A stretch of 64,000 bases of DNA, from NCBI GenBank assembly GCA_963759805.1, contig CAVXAT010000005.1:67585-131584 (forward strand). Reading direction: 5' to 3'. Source of the stretch: an uncultured bacterium (GTDB lineage: Bacteria > Babelota > Babeliae > Babelales > RVW-14). Below are positions 48,812-57,852 of this stretch, piece by piece. The stretch's first letter is position 1; the number at the start of each line of letters is the position of its first letter. The translations under genes and the position numbers were made by a program. The notes under the pieces were generated by a model that did no database searches, was not told the origin of the DNA, and saw nothing but the letters and a program-made list of their open reading frames with translations.

Positions 48812-50368
48812 CTACTTACCAGCCTTTCCTGGTGATAAGTAAGAAATAAAGTATTTCAAATCATCATCACCAAACCTGAATCCGCCTCCAAAGAACGGAT
48901 TAAATTGAGTCTTACTAACTATATCGTCAATACCAAACGTGGTATAAATATTTTTCAAGAAGAATGCTCTGTTCAACCACTTCAAGTGAGGACGAGGATC
49001 ATTGAGCCTGTTAACTCCTCGTAAGTCGAATGCCTCAAATGTCGTAATCCAATGCAGCTTGTCAGTATTCAAAGGAACACTGTAATCAACACCCATTCCA
49101 AATGAATTTTCAAACACTCCTATGCGAAATGCAAGCCGATCAAAGCGCTTACCAAATTGTAAACTGTATAAAACATCATACTTCTTTTGTACTGTCTTCT
49201 CAATCCGTTCGGCAAGCTCAATTTTTTTCCACTGAGGAATACTTAAATCTGTCGGGCTAAGCTCAGATCCATTTGCATCACGGCGTTTATAATAAGTTAT
49301 CTCACGCGAAACGGCACCCAGCTCTGCCCCTACCAGCTGAATGCTATAGAAACAATCATTATTTGGTCGTAACCTCAAATCAAAATATCCCTTTGAATTG
49401 GTATCTCTTAACATCGTTTCAGAGTGCATGTCGACATTTAACATCATAGCTTGTGTTTTACCAACATAATTCTTGAAGCCTTTGATTGTCTTTTTCAAAT
49501 CAGTATAAGTTTCATCTTCGTTAACAAGTTTACCAATGACTCCCTTACCCGTGTTAATTTTTTCTACCACCTGCCCAGCTTCTCTGAACGTATCACGAGC
49601 CTGAACGGCAGTATCTTCAATCTGCTCAAATGCACCCGATGCCTTCTGTCCGGCACCACCAATGTCCGTAGAAATTCTTTCCATGCTATTTTTAACTGAG
49701 TCGGTAACTTCCGGAATACGAAGCTTAAGTGATTCGGCTGTAGCACGAAAATCGGAAAGCATAACATTGATATTCTCTTCATTTTTATGCATTGTATTTT
49801 GCAAAACTTGAGAAAAGTCAGCCATTCGCTCCGATGCTCGGGCAATTGAATTAAGAGCTGTTTTAAGATTATCTTCGCCTTGGCGCGAAGCAAAAACATT
49901 TTTTAAAGAGGAAGTAATATCTTGAATAGTTGCGGCAATGTCACGAAACTGGTCCAAAAGTTCACCAACACTTGCAGGTGTTTTTCCGGGCATGGATAGA
50001 GTCCCACCAGGTAGAATATATCCGGTAGCTGGACTTCCCGGATCAATTTCAAGAGTTTTTGCACCAATCAATCCATCTTGATGAATCATTGCAAAAGCAT
50101 TTTTTGAAAGTTTGTTATCTCTGCTTACACGCATAACAACTTCAGCCTTACCATTATCAAGAAGATTAATGGTATCAACCCAACCAACATCAACACCGGC
50201 AATCTTAACGGAAGACTTGGTTGTCAGTCCACCGGTATCATCAAAATAAGCCTTGTACGTATAATACTGATTTTTATCAAAGCGAAAGGCTCTGATGTTA
50301 AGACTCAGATACAGAAATACACTGATAGCAATTAAAATAAATATTCCAACACGCGTTTCTGTGTTCAC
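48812..50368 (-). CDS. MlaD/MCE family protein
   Basis: ETRVGIF, FDDTGGL..SVKIAGVDVGWV, GLIGAKTLEIDPG, GKGVIGKLVNEDETY; beta-rich C-terminus. Confidence 0.9.
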   Translation of the reverse strand: MNTETRVGIFILIAISVFLYLSLNIRAFRFDKNQYYTYKAYFDDTGGLTTKSSVKIAGVDVGWVDTINLLDNGKAEVVMRVSRDNKLSKNAFAMIHQDGLIGAKTLEIDPGSPATGYILPGGTLSMPGKTPASVGELLDQFRDIAATIQDITSSLKNVFASRQGEDNLKTALNSIARASERMADFSQVLQNTMHKNEENINVMLSDFRATAESLKLRIPEVTDSVKNSMERISTDIGGAGQKASGAFEQIEDTAVQARDTFREAGQVVEKINTGKGVIGKLVNEDETYTDLKKTIKGFKNYVGKTQAMMLNVDMHSETMLRDTNSKGYFDLRLRPNNDCFYSIQLVGAELGAVSREITYYKRRDANGSELSPTDLSIPQWKKIELAERIEKTVQKKYDVLYSLQFGKRFDRLAFRIGVFENSFGMGVDYSVPLNTDKLHWITTFEAFDLRGVNRLNDPRPHLKWLNRAFFLKNIYTTFGIDDIVSKTQFNPFFGGGFRFGDDDLKYFISYLSPGKAGK

Positions 50369-50417
50369 GAATAATCCTTAAAAATATATTAGAAATCGTG
50401 TTACTAAAACTAAAAAA

Positions 50418-51647
50418 CTAAAGCCAATAAATTCTTTCAATTCTAAAAACTTTCTTGTTCTTTTTTTGTTCGGTTTTTGACTGTTCAGTCGATGACTGTT
50501 CAGCTGATGTCCCACCAGTTTGAGCAGACTGTTCATTACTACTACTCTTTTCATTCTGAACTCCCGATTTTGACTTTCTGCTCTTAACTTCAATCTCCCT
50601 TATCACTGCAAGAACTCGCTGCTCAACCTGTCCCACTTTACCATACGATAGAACAGAATAGACTTTCGGATTAAATTTTTCAACTAAAATGTCTTTTATG
50701 TTGGATAAGTCCTTTGGCTTGGTGTCATAAATGCCTTCAAGATTCTTCCAATTTGCATCCCAATCTTTACCCCAATCATCCTTAAATTCCATCGCAAGTT
50801 TTTTAAATCGCTCTTTATATTTTTTTGCGTCATCTGCCCGGGGTCTTCGAATGACCAAAAAAGCACATAACGCATCAGAAAGTAGCATTGGATCAATTTT
50901 TGCATCATCAGTCCATGTGGTAAAAATATCCTGTATAGCAACATCTCGGCTTTCCTGCGCTCCCTCTTTCTTTAAAAGAACTGGCGGCTCATAAAAAATA
51001 TCTGTTGTAAGAGCTTCGAGCCCTGGAACATTTAGCAACTCGGAGACATCATAAAGTTTTTTTTCTCGTTTTTTCAAGAACTCTGAAATTTTGTTAAAAA
51101 ACTCGCCAGGTTTAAGTTTTCCTGGAATTTCAAGTCCCACTAACAAACGTTCAAATTCTTTTTTGAACTCCTGTTTTTTAAAATCAAAAGCGTTATTTAT
51201 ATTTATTTTTCCATGCTCACTTGTAATACATATTTTTACGGTACCTGCAATCCCATCAATTTTGCGATCAAGCTCAAAGGTCTGCCACCTATTTAAATTT
51301 GAGAGCAAATTAAAAACAAAACGCTGCAGAGGCGTAACTTTTTTCCCATCAGCATCTAGTTCAGTTTCAGTTCCTGTTTCACTCTGTCTTGCTGGGGTCT
51401 TATCTTTATCCGAATTCTTATCTTTATCTTTTTCAGGTTTATTTTTTTTATCTTTGTTATATGTAAGTTGGGCAATTGCTATGTTGATGCCGCCAAGAGC
51501 AAGCATTTGGGCGTGTTCACGATTAACCATGGCCTTGGTAAACCCGGCTCCAACCATGACACCACGAATCATCTGCTCGGTCATCATAACGATGATTGAG
51601 ATTATCATTAACGAGAAAAGTAAAACTGCCGCATTAGACTTTTTCAT
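50418..51647 (-). CDS. gspK: T2SS minor pseudopilin GspK-like
   Basis: N-terminal hydrophobic helix, ALGGINIAIA, SEHGKININ, VSELLNVPG; position after gspF-J. Confidence 0.75.
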   Translation of the reverse strand: MKKSNAAVLLFSLMIISIIVMMTEQMIRGVMVGAGFTKAMVNREHAQMLALGGINIAIAQLTYNKDKKNKPEKDKDKNSDKDKTPARQSETGTETELDADGKKVTPLQRFVFNLLSNLNRWQTFELDRKIDGIAGTVKICITSEHGKININNAFDFKKQEFKKEFERLLVGLEIPGKLKPGEFFNKISEFLKKREKKLYDVSELLNVPGLEALTTDIFYEPPVLLKKEGAQESRDVAIQDIFTTWTDDAKIDPMLLSDALCAFLVIRRPRADDAKKYKERFKKLAMEFKDDWGKDWDANWKNLEGIYDTKPKDLSNIKDILVEKFNPKVYSVLSYGKVGQVEQRVLAVIREIEVKSRKSKSGVQNEKSSSNEQSAQTGGTSAEQSSTEQSKTEQKKNKKVFRIERIYWL

Positions 51648-51654
51648 AAATTCT

Positions 51655-51816
51655 GCCCGCCGCCCTCCGGGCGATGGTTCGATACGCGCACAGAGTGCGC
51701 ACTCACCACGAGCGGGCCTTTAAATTCGCTCGTCCTGCTGTGCCCGGCGTAGCCACGTAGGGCGAAGCCTGGGAGTGTTTTGCGAGGCAACGCTGAGCAA
51801 AATGTATCGAAGGATG
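51655..51816. repeat. nested palindromic element pair between gspJ and gspK
   Basis: ttcgatac..ctcaccacgagcg and cgctcgtcctg[tgcccggcgtagccacgtagggcgaagcctgg]gagtg..gtatcgaagg. Confidence 0.8.
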
Positions 51817-51852
51817 CGAATGTAGAAGCGATAAGTTTATTACTTCTTTTCA

Positions 51853-52905
51853 TCACTGACCTCCTGAAGTTGCTGGTACACCTGCACCAGGCTGGGCCGA
51901 TGCTGGAGCTTTTTTACCCGAACTGTCTTTTTTCTTTTCAATCTCTTTTAATAACGAAAAACTCATAACAGGAAACGTTGCTTGTAAAGACTGCGTCTTT
52001 ACAAGCTTTTCATACCAAAACGTTATATATACATTAACTCTGTTTGGTACAACCCCCATGGTTTGGCTATTCTCGCCCCACACATCAAAAACTTTTTCTT
52101 CGATTTTTTCTTCATCTTCATCACTCTCGCCTGCCTCAATCTGGGCAGCCGTAAGCTTTTCTTTGCTTTTTGGCCTACCTTGATAAACATACTGAACAAA
52201 AAACTCTTTGATCCCGTCTGCCACTAAAATTTTTCTGATCTGAGTCGCTTTGCTTCTTGTTGTAAGTCCAACCTCATCCTCTTTCAATTTAATATTTTCA
52301 AGGTTTTCCGTCTCTTTACGCCACAGGTCATAACAATATATATCACCTTTACTGCGTTTTTTATCAAGCACAAGCTCATACATAACACGCACAAAGCGTA
52401 CTCTACTTTGTCCATAGACCTGAAAAGGATTTGTATTAATAAATGTTACATTTTTAAACTGATAAGTGCGAGTGCCGTCTATTTTTTTTGCCACACCATT
52501 GTCATTGATACTTGCAAGAAAGTATTTTTTTAAAGTCTCACGCCGTTTCTCTTCGGTTTTTTTCTTCTCTTCAGGGGACTTGTCCCCTGTTTTATCTGAA
52601 TCTTCTTCATCAGAAGGCTCCTTTCCCTGATCACTTTTTTCAGCAGATTTGTCACCTTTTGCATGAGCCTCTTTTTCCGGAGTAATTCTTTTTAAAATGG
52701 GGGGAATAAGGGCACTGGTGAAATCACACTCCATCTGATTAAACAGTAAACAGGCTTTCTTATTGACAGCCTGCATCTCTTGAATCGTTTTTAAGTAGGA
52801 CATTATATTGTTATAAGCTTGCATCAAGCCCACAATAACTATGCTGGACAGCGCAATTACGAGTATAAGTTCAATAATTGTGAATCCGGGCCTGGCTAAT
52901 TTCAT
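51853..52905 (-). CDS. T2SS pseudopilin GspJ-like
   Basis: Prepilin motif PGFTIIELILVIAL. Confidence 0.75.
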   Translation of the reverse strand: MKLARPGFTIIELILVIALSSIVIVGLMQAYNNIMSYLKTIQEMQAVNKKACLLFNQMECDFTSALIPPILKRITPEKEAHAKGDKSAEKSDQGKEPSDEEDSDKTGDKSPEEKKKTEEKRRETLKKYFLASINDNGVAKKIDGTRTYQFKNVTFINTNPFQVYGQSRVRFVRVMYELVLDKKRSKGDIYCYDLWRKETENLENIKLKEDEVGLTTRSKATQIRKILVADGIKEFFVQYVYQGRPKSKEKLTAAQIEAGESDEDEEKIEEKVFDVWGENSQTMGVVPNRVNVYITFWYEKLVKTQSLQATFPVMSFSLLKEIEKKKDSSGKKAPASAQPGAGVPATSGGQ

Positions 52906-53303
52906 TTTTTCTGCTCTTCTTTTTTAGGCTGAAAAACAAAACTCACCATTGATGATTCCCTAATGTTTTTATTCATCTTCCAAATTGCATCAGATCTAAC
53001 TATTTTTAGATTCTTGGACAGATCATGCAGACTAGATTTTTTGTTTATATCACCAAGTTCGGATGTAATTGTTATGGCCGGCTCTTCTATTTTCTGTACG
53101 TTTTTTTTACCTTTACGTGGGGGTTTGAAATAATTTGCATAAAGTTCACGTTTGATTAAAAAAACCTTTTCTATATCATCTCGATTTTCTTGTACTCGCA
53201 AAAATGAACGCATCATGAGACCTGAAATAATAAAAACAGTCGTCGTAAGGACACCCATTGCAAGAATGACTTCGATTAACGTGAAACCTGGCGAATGCTT
53301 CAT
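52902..53303 (-). CDS. T2SS pseudopilin GspI-like
   Basis: Prepilin motif PGFTLIEVILAM. Confidence 0.75.
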   Translation of the reverse strand: MKHSPGFTLIEVILAMGVLTTTVFIISGLMMRSFLRVQENRDDIEKVFLIKRELYANYFKPPRKGKKNVQKIEEPAITITSELGDINKKSSLHDLSKNLKIVRSDAIWKMNKNIRESSMVSFVFQPKKEEQKK

Positions 53304-53890
53304 TACAACTCCGGCTTTATAAAATCATCATACTGTTCAAATTTTCCATAAAACGGTAACATCTTGAAACTTACACGCGACTCAACGCCTTTTTCTGTTC
53401 TTACAAGATGTATAAGAACGTCCTGGACAAGACCGTCATGAACAATGTAGCAGCATGGATCGCCAAATTTGTCTTCCAACTCATTCTTTTTACCATGATA
53501 AAAAGCTTTTATTTTAACTGACGGATGAAACTTATATGGAAGTTTTAAGTAATATGATGAAACAGGCGTATATATTTTCTTTCCCGGTTTTTCCGGATCT
53601 AGTTCCTCTTTTTCTATGATCATTAAATCAGGTGCATTACTGTTTGATTTAAATTTAAGCCGATAAACAGCCTGATTTGAAATGGCTTCCTGCCGTGCAA
53701 AAAGAGCAAGATTATTAAGATCATACAAAATGGTACTCCAATCAGACTGCGGATTTTTATATGCAAGCCTTGGAATAATAAAGGTTGCCATCACTCCTAT
53801 CAGGAAGATGACAACCATCATTTCAATCATTGTGAATGCACGTTGCTTTGTAAACGCATGTCGCTTTGCAAACAGATGCGCAACCGTCAC
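53303..53890 (-). CDS. T2SS pseudopilin GspH-like
   Basis: RAFTMIEMMVVI..ARQEAI. Confidence 0.75.
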   Translation of the reverse strand: MTVAHLFAKRHAFTKQRAFTMIEMMVVIFLIGVMATFIIPRLAYKNPQSDWSTILYDLNNLALFARQEAISNQAVYRLKFKSNSNAPDLMIIEKEELDPEKPGKKIYTPVSSYYLKLPYKFHPSVKIKAFYHGKKNELEDKFGDPCCYIVHDGLVQDVLIHLVRTEKGVESRVSFKMLPFYGKFEQYDDFIKPEL

Positions 53891-53893
53891 TCT

Positions 53894-54340
53894 TTATTCT
53901 CCGATATGCATTTGGGGCTCTTCTTCAGTGCCTTTGCCAATCCAGATAATTTCATAAGAACGATATTTATCTTTAAACTTTTCAGGAGGGCAGTTGTAAA
54001 TAAGTTCAATGCCATCACTGTCGAGAATACCCTTTTCGCCCTCTGCAATGTAAGGCCATCTGCCCAAGCGCTCAAACTTGCGATACTCCTCGTCATTTGG
54101 TCTTGGATTTTCAATCAATGCCCTTAACCCTTCGCGAGAAGAAGGACAAGATCCAAAATCCATTCGATATCCCATTAATGCAGACTTAATTGTCGACATT
54201 CTAAGTTGCATCTTGGCCTCGGTTGCTCTCTGCATATATTTTGTAACTTGAGGGACAACTATTGCAGCAATAAACCCGATAATGAGAAGAACAACCAACA
54301 TCTCTATCATCGTAAAAGCCTTACTTGATCTTATTTTCAT
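53894..54340 (-). CDS. gspG: T2SS major pseudopilin GspG
   Basis: KAFTMIEMLVVLLIIG..VVP, ALMGYRMDFG.CP..EGLRALIENP. Confidence 0.85.
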   Translation of the reverse strand: MKIRSSKAFTMIEMLVVLLIIGFIAAIVVPQVTKYMQRATEAKMQLRMSTIKSALMGYRMDFGSCPSSREGLRALIENPRPNDEEYRKFERLGRWPYIAEGEKGILDSDGIELIYNCPPEKFKDKYRSYEIIWIGKGTEEEPQMHIGE

Positions 54341-54356
54341 AAAATTCTCCAAATCC

Positions 54357-54396
54357 TGTCATCCTGAACTCGTTTCAGGATCCATGGATTAATAAA
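54357..54396. repeat. palindromic element tgtcatcctgaactcgtttcaggatccatggattaataaa
   Basis: Reverse complement of the elements at 21233 and 29132. Confidence 0.8.
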
Positions 54397-54402
54397 AATT
54401 CC

Positions 54403-55623
54403 CTAAATTCCTGCCAAGTCAGTCATACTCATAATTGGCAAGAAGATAGACGCCATAATAAATACAACAACAACACCCATCACGACTGTCATGACAGGAT
54501 TAATTTTTGCAGTTAACCCTTCGGTCAACTCTGTTAACTCCTTATCATAATCACTTCCCACACTTGAAAGCATTTCCCCAAGCTTGCCTGATTGTTCACC
54601 CGTTGAGATCATATAAATTGCAATATTGGGAAAAATCCCCGTCTCACGCAAGTATTTTGAAATTTTACCCTCTTTGATAATTTTGTCACGAGCCTGGTTT
54701 AACTCCTTAACAAGAACGGCATTATCAACAATATTACAAACAATATCCAAAGCTTCAGATAAGTTTACACCACTTTCAAGAAGCATACCCAAAGTTTTGC
54801 AAAATTGCACAACGGCCCGAGTTTTTGAAAAATACGCTGTCAATGGAAAGCGTAACAAAATAGAATCAAACTTGTACTTGCCCGATGGCGTTGATTTCCA
54901 GTACATAAAAAATATAACGGCTAAAATTAACCCGACCCCCAAAAGTATAAAATTATTAACAAAAAAATCAGACGTAGCAATCAGTATACGAGTAGGTAGT
55001 GGTAAATCTTTACCCATCTGCACAAACATATCTTTTAATTTGGGAACCAAGCCAACAAGAAGTCCGACTACCACAAGTACTGCAAACGACATCACAACAA
55101 TCGGATAGGACATCGCCTTTTTTACATTTTTTTTCGTCTCTTCTGCCCGCTCAAGATACTCGGTTAATCGAAGTAAAATCAGATCAAGCTTTCCACTTGC
55201 TTCACCCGCTCGAACAAGTTGAACATAAACATTTGTAAATATCTTTGGATATCGTGCAAGCTCTTTGGCCAAAGACTGTCCGGATTTAATCCCATCCTTA
55301 ACGCGTATCAGTATTCGGCGAAAGGCTCCTTCAAACTGTTCGGTCAGAAGCTCTATCGCTTGTAAAAGAGGAACAGAAGATTTCAAGAGGACAGATAACT
55401 GTTTTGTAAAAAGAATTGTACTGCGTGAATCTACCTTTTTTTCAAACAAGCTTTTGAAAGAAAAGCCGGTCTGCCCTTCTATCGCCTGGACTTCCTTAAT
55501 ATTTATCGGCAAAAGGCCTTGCCCCTGCAAAATTTCTTTTGCCATCTGTAGCGAATTGGCATCTACCGTCCCGGTAACTTTATTTCCACGTCTACTATAA
55601 GACTCATACTGATAAAGAGGCAT
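54403..55623 (-). CDS. gspF: T2SS inner-membrane platform protein GspF/PilC
   Basis: FTKQLSVLLKSSVPL, RAGEASGKL, AMSYP, GEQSGKL. Confidence 0.92.
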   Translation of the reverse strand: MPLYQYESYSRRGNKVTGTVDANSLQMAKEILQGQGLLPINIKEVQAIEGQTGFSFKSLFEKKVDSRSTILFTKQLSVLLKSSVPLLQAIELLTEQFEGAFRRILIRVKDGIKSGQSLAKELARYPKIFTNVYVQLVRAGEASGKLDLILLRLTEYLERAEETKKNVKKAMSYPIVVMSFAVLVVVGLLVGLVPKLKDMFVQMGKDLPLPTRILIATSDFFVNNFILLGVGLILAVIFFMYWKSTPSGKYKFDSILLRFPLTAYFSKTRAVVQFCKTLGMLLESGVNLSEALDIVCNIVDNAVLVKELNQARDKIIKEGKISKYLRETGIFPNIAIYMISTGEQSGKLGEMLSSVGSDYDKELTELTEGLTAKINPVMTVVMGVVVVFIMASIFLPIMSMTDLAGI

Positions 55624-55797
55624 GGCTTAAACTCCAATTTTAAAAGAGTCTTACAACTCATTCAAAAAAAACTTGCCAACAAATTTGGTTCCTTGATATC
55701 CTGGCTCCAAGGTTCACCCCAGTTGTTTATAAAATATTACTCTTGAAAATGTCCCAGGTAAACACTTTCGTTTTAATCTATCAGAAAGGATTAGGTT

Positions 55798-56889
55798 ATG
55801 AAAACAAAAAATTTGTTTTATGTAATCTTCATCTTAATTACTAGTTTTTTGACTAGTTTTTTTACATGCAATGCCAACATGGCAAAGGCAGTTGATTTCG
55901 AAAATGAACTTAGCGACGGAACCCCATTGCAATCGAGCACACTGCCTTTAAAATGTTACTTTGATGAACAAGCAGATCAATCTCAAACACATGCATGCGA
56001 CCTTGTTTCAAGAACGGCAATTTTAAATCAAACATTTTTACAACAGTATGTCAAAGAAGATTATAATAAGCCTGAGCTAACAGAGGTTTTTTCTCGCGAT
56101 GGATCAGACATTACACTGTTCTTAAAAATTACGTCCGATTTAAATCTTGATGATTCTGTAGCATATGTTGGATTACGACTTTTCCATAATAAGATAAAGT
56201 CCTGCGATCTAATACTTGGAAAAGTAACCAACTGTATAATTGAAAACTTTAATGAATACTTAGGCAGATACTTTGATAACACAGATGATAATTTCAAAAC
56301 AGAGCTTGAAATCATACGCAAAAATCTTGAAAAAATCGTACTGAGTCAGCTTAACGACCAATTTGCAAAACAAGAAACATTTAATAAATCAAAAGTCACA
56401 CAACAAATTTCTGATGATATTTTTGAATTAATTACACAAAGCGTCAATCGAATTCAGAAAAAATTTGATGCTTACCAAGCAAAGGAACGACTCAGACATG
56501 TTATATTACGTTTTGTTGAAACGTTACTTGATAAAACAGTATGGGACGATAACAGTGCTGAAGAAATTTGGCCATCATTTATATCAATATCAAATAACAT
56601 ACAAAAGATGGCAGGCACCGGAATAATTGATCACTTTGATGATCTTGACGACTTATTATGGTCACTAACACACTGTTTTTGCAGGTATTTTACCTCATTT
56701 GGAATATCAGTTCCCACCACTGTATATGAAACAATTGAACGTGATTTAAGACAAAATTCAGTCTCATTTCTGGAAGAACCGGAACAGGATGAATGCATAA
56801 AAACCAAAAAAGAGCATATCCACGAAGCATTAATGAAAGCTAAATTTAAAGCTTATGCTTACGAGAAAAAGGGAATAATATCCCAGTAA
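55798..56889 (+). CDS. hypothetical secreted helical protein
   Basis: Signal peptide; 363-aa open frame; no recognisable motif. Confidence 0.75.
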   Translation: MKTKNLFYVIFILITSFLTSFFTCNANMAKAVDFENELSDGTPLQSSTLPLKCYFDEQADQSQTHACDLVSRTAILNQTFLQQYVKEDYNKPELTEVFSRDGSDITLFLKITSDLNLDDSVAYVGLRLFHNKIKSCDLILGKVTNCIIENFNEYLGRYFDNTDDNFKTELEIIRKNLEKIVLSQLNDQFAKQETFNKSKVTQQISDDIFELITQSVNRIQKKFDAYQAKERLRHVILRFVETLLDKTVWDDNSAEEIWPSFISISNNIQKMAGTGIIDHFDDLDDLLWSLTHCFCRYFTSFGISVPTTVYETIERDLRQNSVSFLEEPEQDECIKTKKEHIHEALMKAKFKAYAYEKKGIISQ

Positions 56890-57068
56890 TATCCCAGTTG
56901 CTTCGTACCCAACATTTTTTAATGCTTAAATGCAGCAAAAACTCGTATCTCTGCACGTTATTTTTGCATCCTGCGGCTTGTGATATTATTTCAACCATGA
57001 AATTAAGCCGACAATCTGAATTAGCTATATTCAACTCGAAATTATATAGATTTTGCGGGTGGATTTAG

Positions 57069-57096
57069 TTGATTTTAAGACCATAAACGGTAGTAT
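57069..57096 (+). promoter_or_regulatory. putative promoter TTGATT-N16-TAGTAT
   Basis: Conserved with 16455-16482 and 60559-60586. Confidence 0.55.
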
Positions 57097-57140
57097 TAAA
57101 TATAATAATGTTTTTGGGCTTTAGATTGGAGGAAATATAA

Positions 57141-57842
57141 ATGTTTTCAAAAAAAATCGCTTCAGGGTTAATCGTAATCCTTATTAGTTTAAATTTTTCT
57201 ATTTATGCAGTCGAAATGGATTTAGAAAAGATAATCCAGGATGTTTCATACGAATATTTTTCCAAAGGCTATAGTAAGTCCTTCGAAAGTATTGACAGCA
57301 TGAAAGATTGCGAATGCACAATGGAGGAACCCGAAGCTTCTGATTACATAAAAATATGTCTATGCAAAAAATTTTTTCAAATTTTGGATATTTGGTGGAG
57401 TATATTTTCAAAATCAGATAAGAATGAAGAAAAAAGAAACAAAGCCATTATTGACGGAGATTTAAATACAAAACCATTGATAAAGGATTTGAGAAATATA
57501 TTCCTGGGTTTTTTGTGCAAATTTTTTTTAGTAGATAGTAGCAAATCATTGAAAGATGGTGACTGTACAAAAAGTTGCGGATGTAAAATGCTGCAAAACA
57601 AAGATTCTGATTGTGCAGATATATATATATGCAAAGAGCATTGCCTTGTTGTGGAAACATGGGGCGAGCAGGTGTTAAAATTAACAGAAGATTCAGGAAA
57701 GGAAGCTGAAAGCGAGACTCTATCAGATGGCTGTGGGTGCAAGATGGCAACAGATCGTTGTTGTTGCCAAACCATATACATATGTGAAAAGCATCTTCTA
57801 GACCTAGAAGCTTTGGGCCAACATCGCTCAGATTCTGACTAG
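57141..57842 (+). CDS. small secreted Cys-rich protein (CxC..CxxH family), copy 2
   Basis: Three CxC(T/K)M..I(Y/C)(I/L)CxxH/F units; GGAGG RBS. Confidence 0.8.
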   Translation: MFSKKIASGLIVILISLNFSIYAVEMDLEKIIQDVSYEYFSKGYSKSFESIDSMKDCECTMEEPEASDYIKICLCKKFFQILDIWWSIFSKSDKNEEKRNKAIIDGDLNTKPLIKDLRNIFLGFLCKFFLVDSSKSLKDGDCTKSCGCKMLQNKDSDCADIYICKEHCLVVETWGEQVLKLTEDSGKEAESETLSDGCGCKMATDRCCCQTIYICEKHLLDLEALGQHRSDSD

Positions 57843-57852
57843 AATTGGCTAA

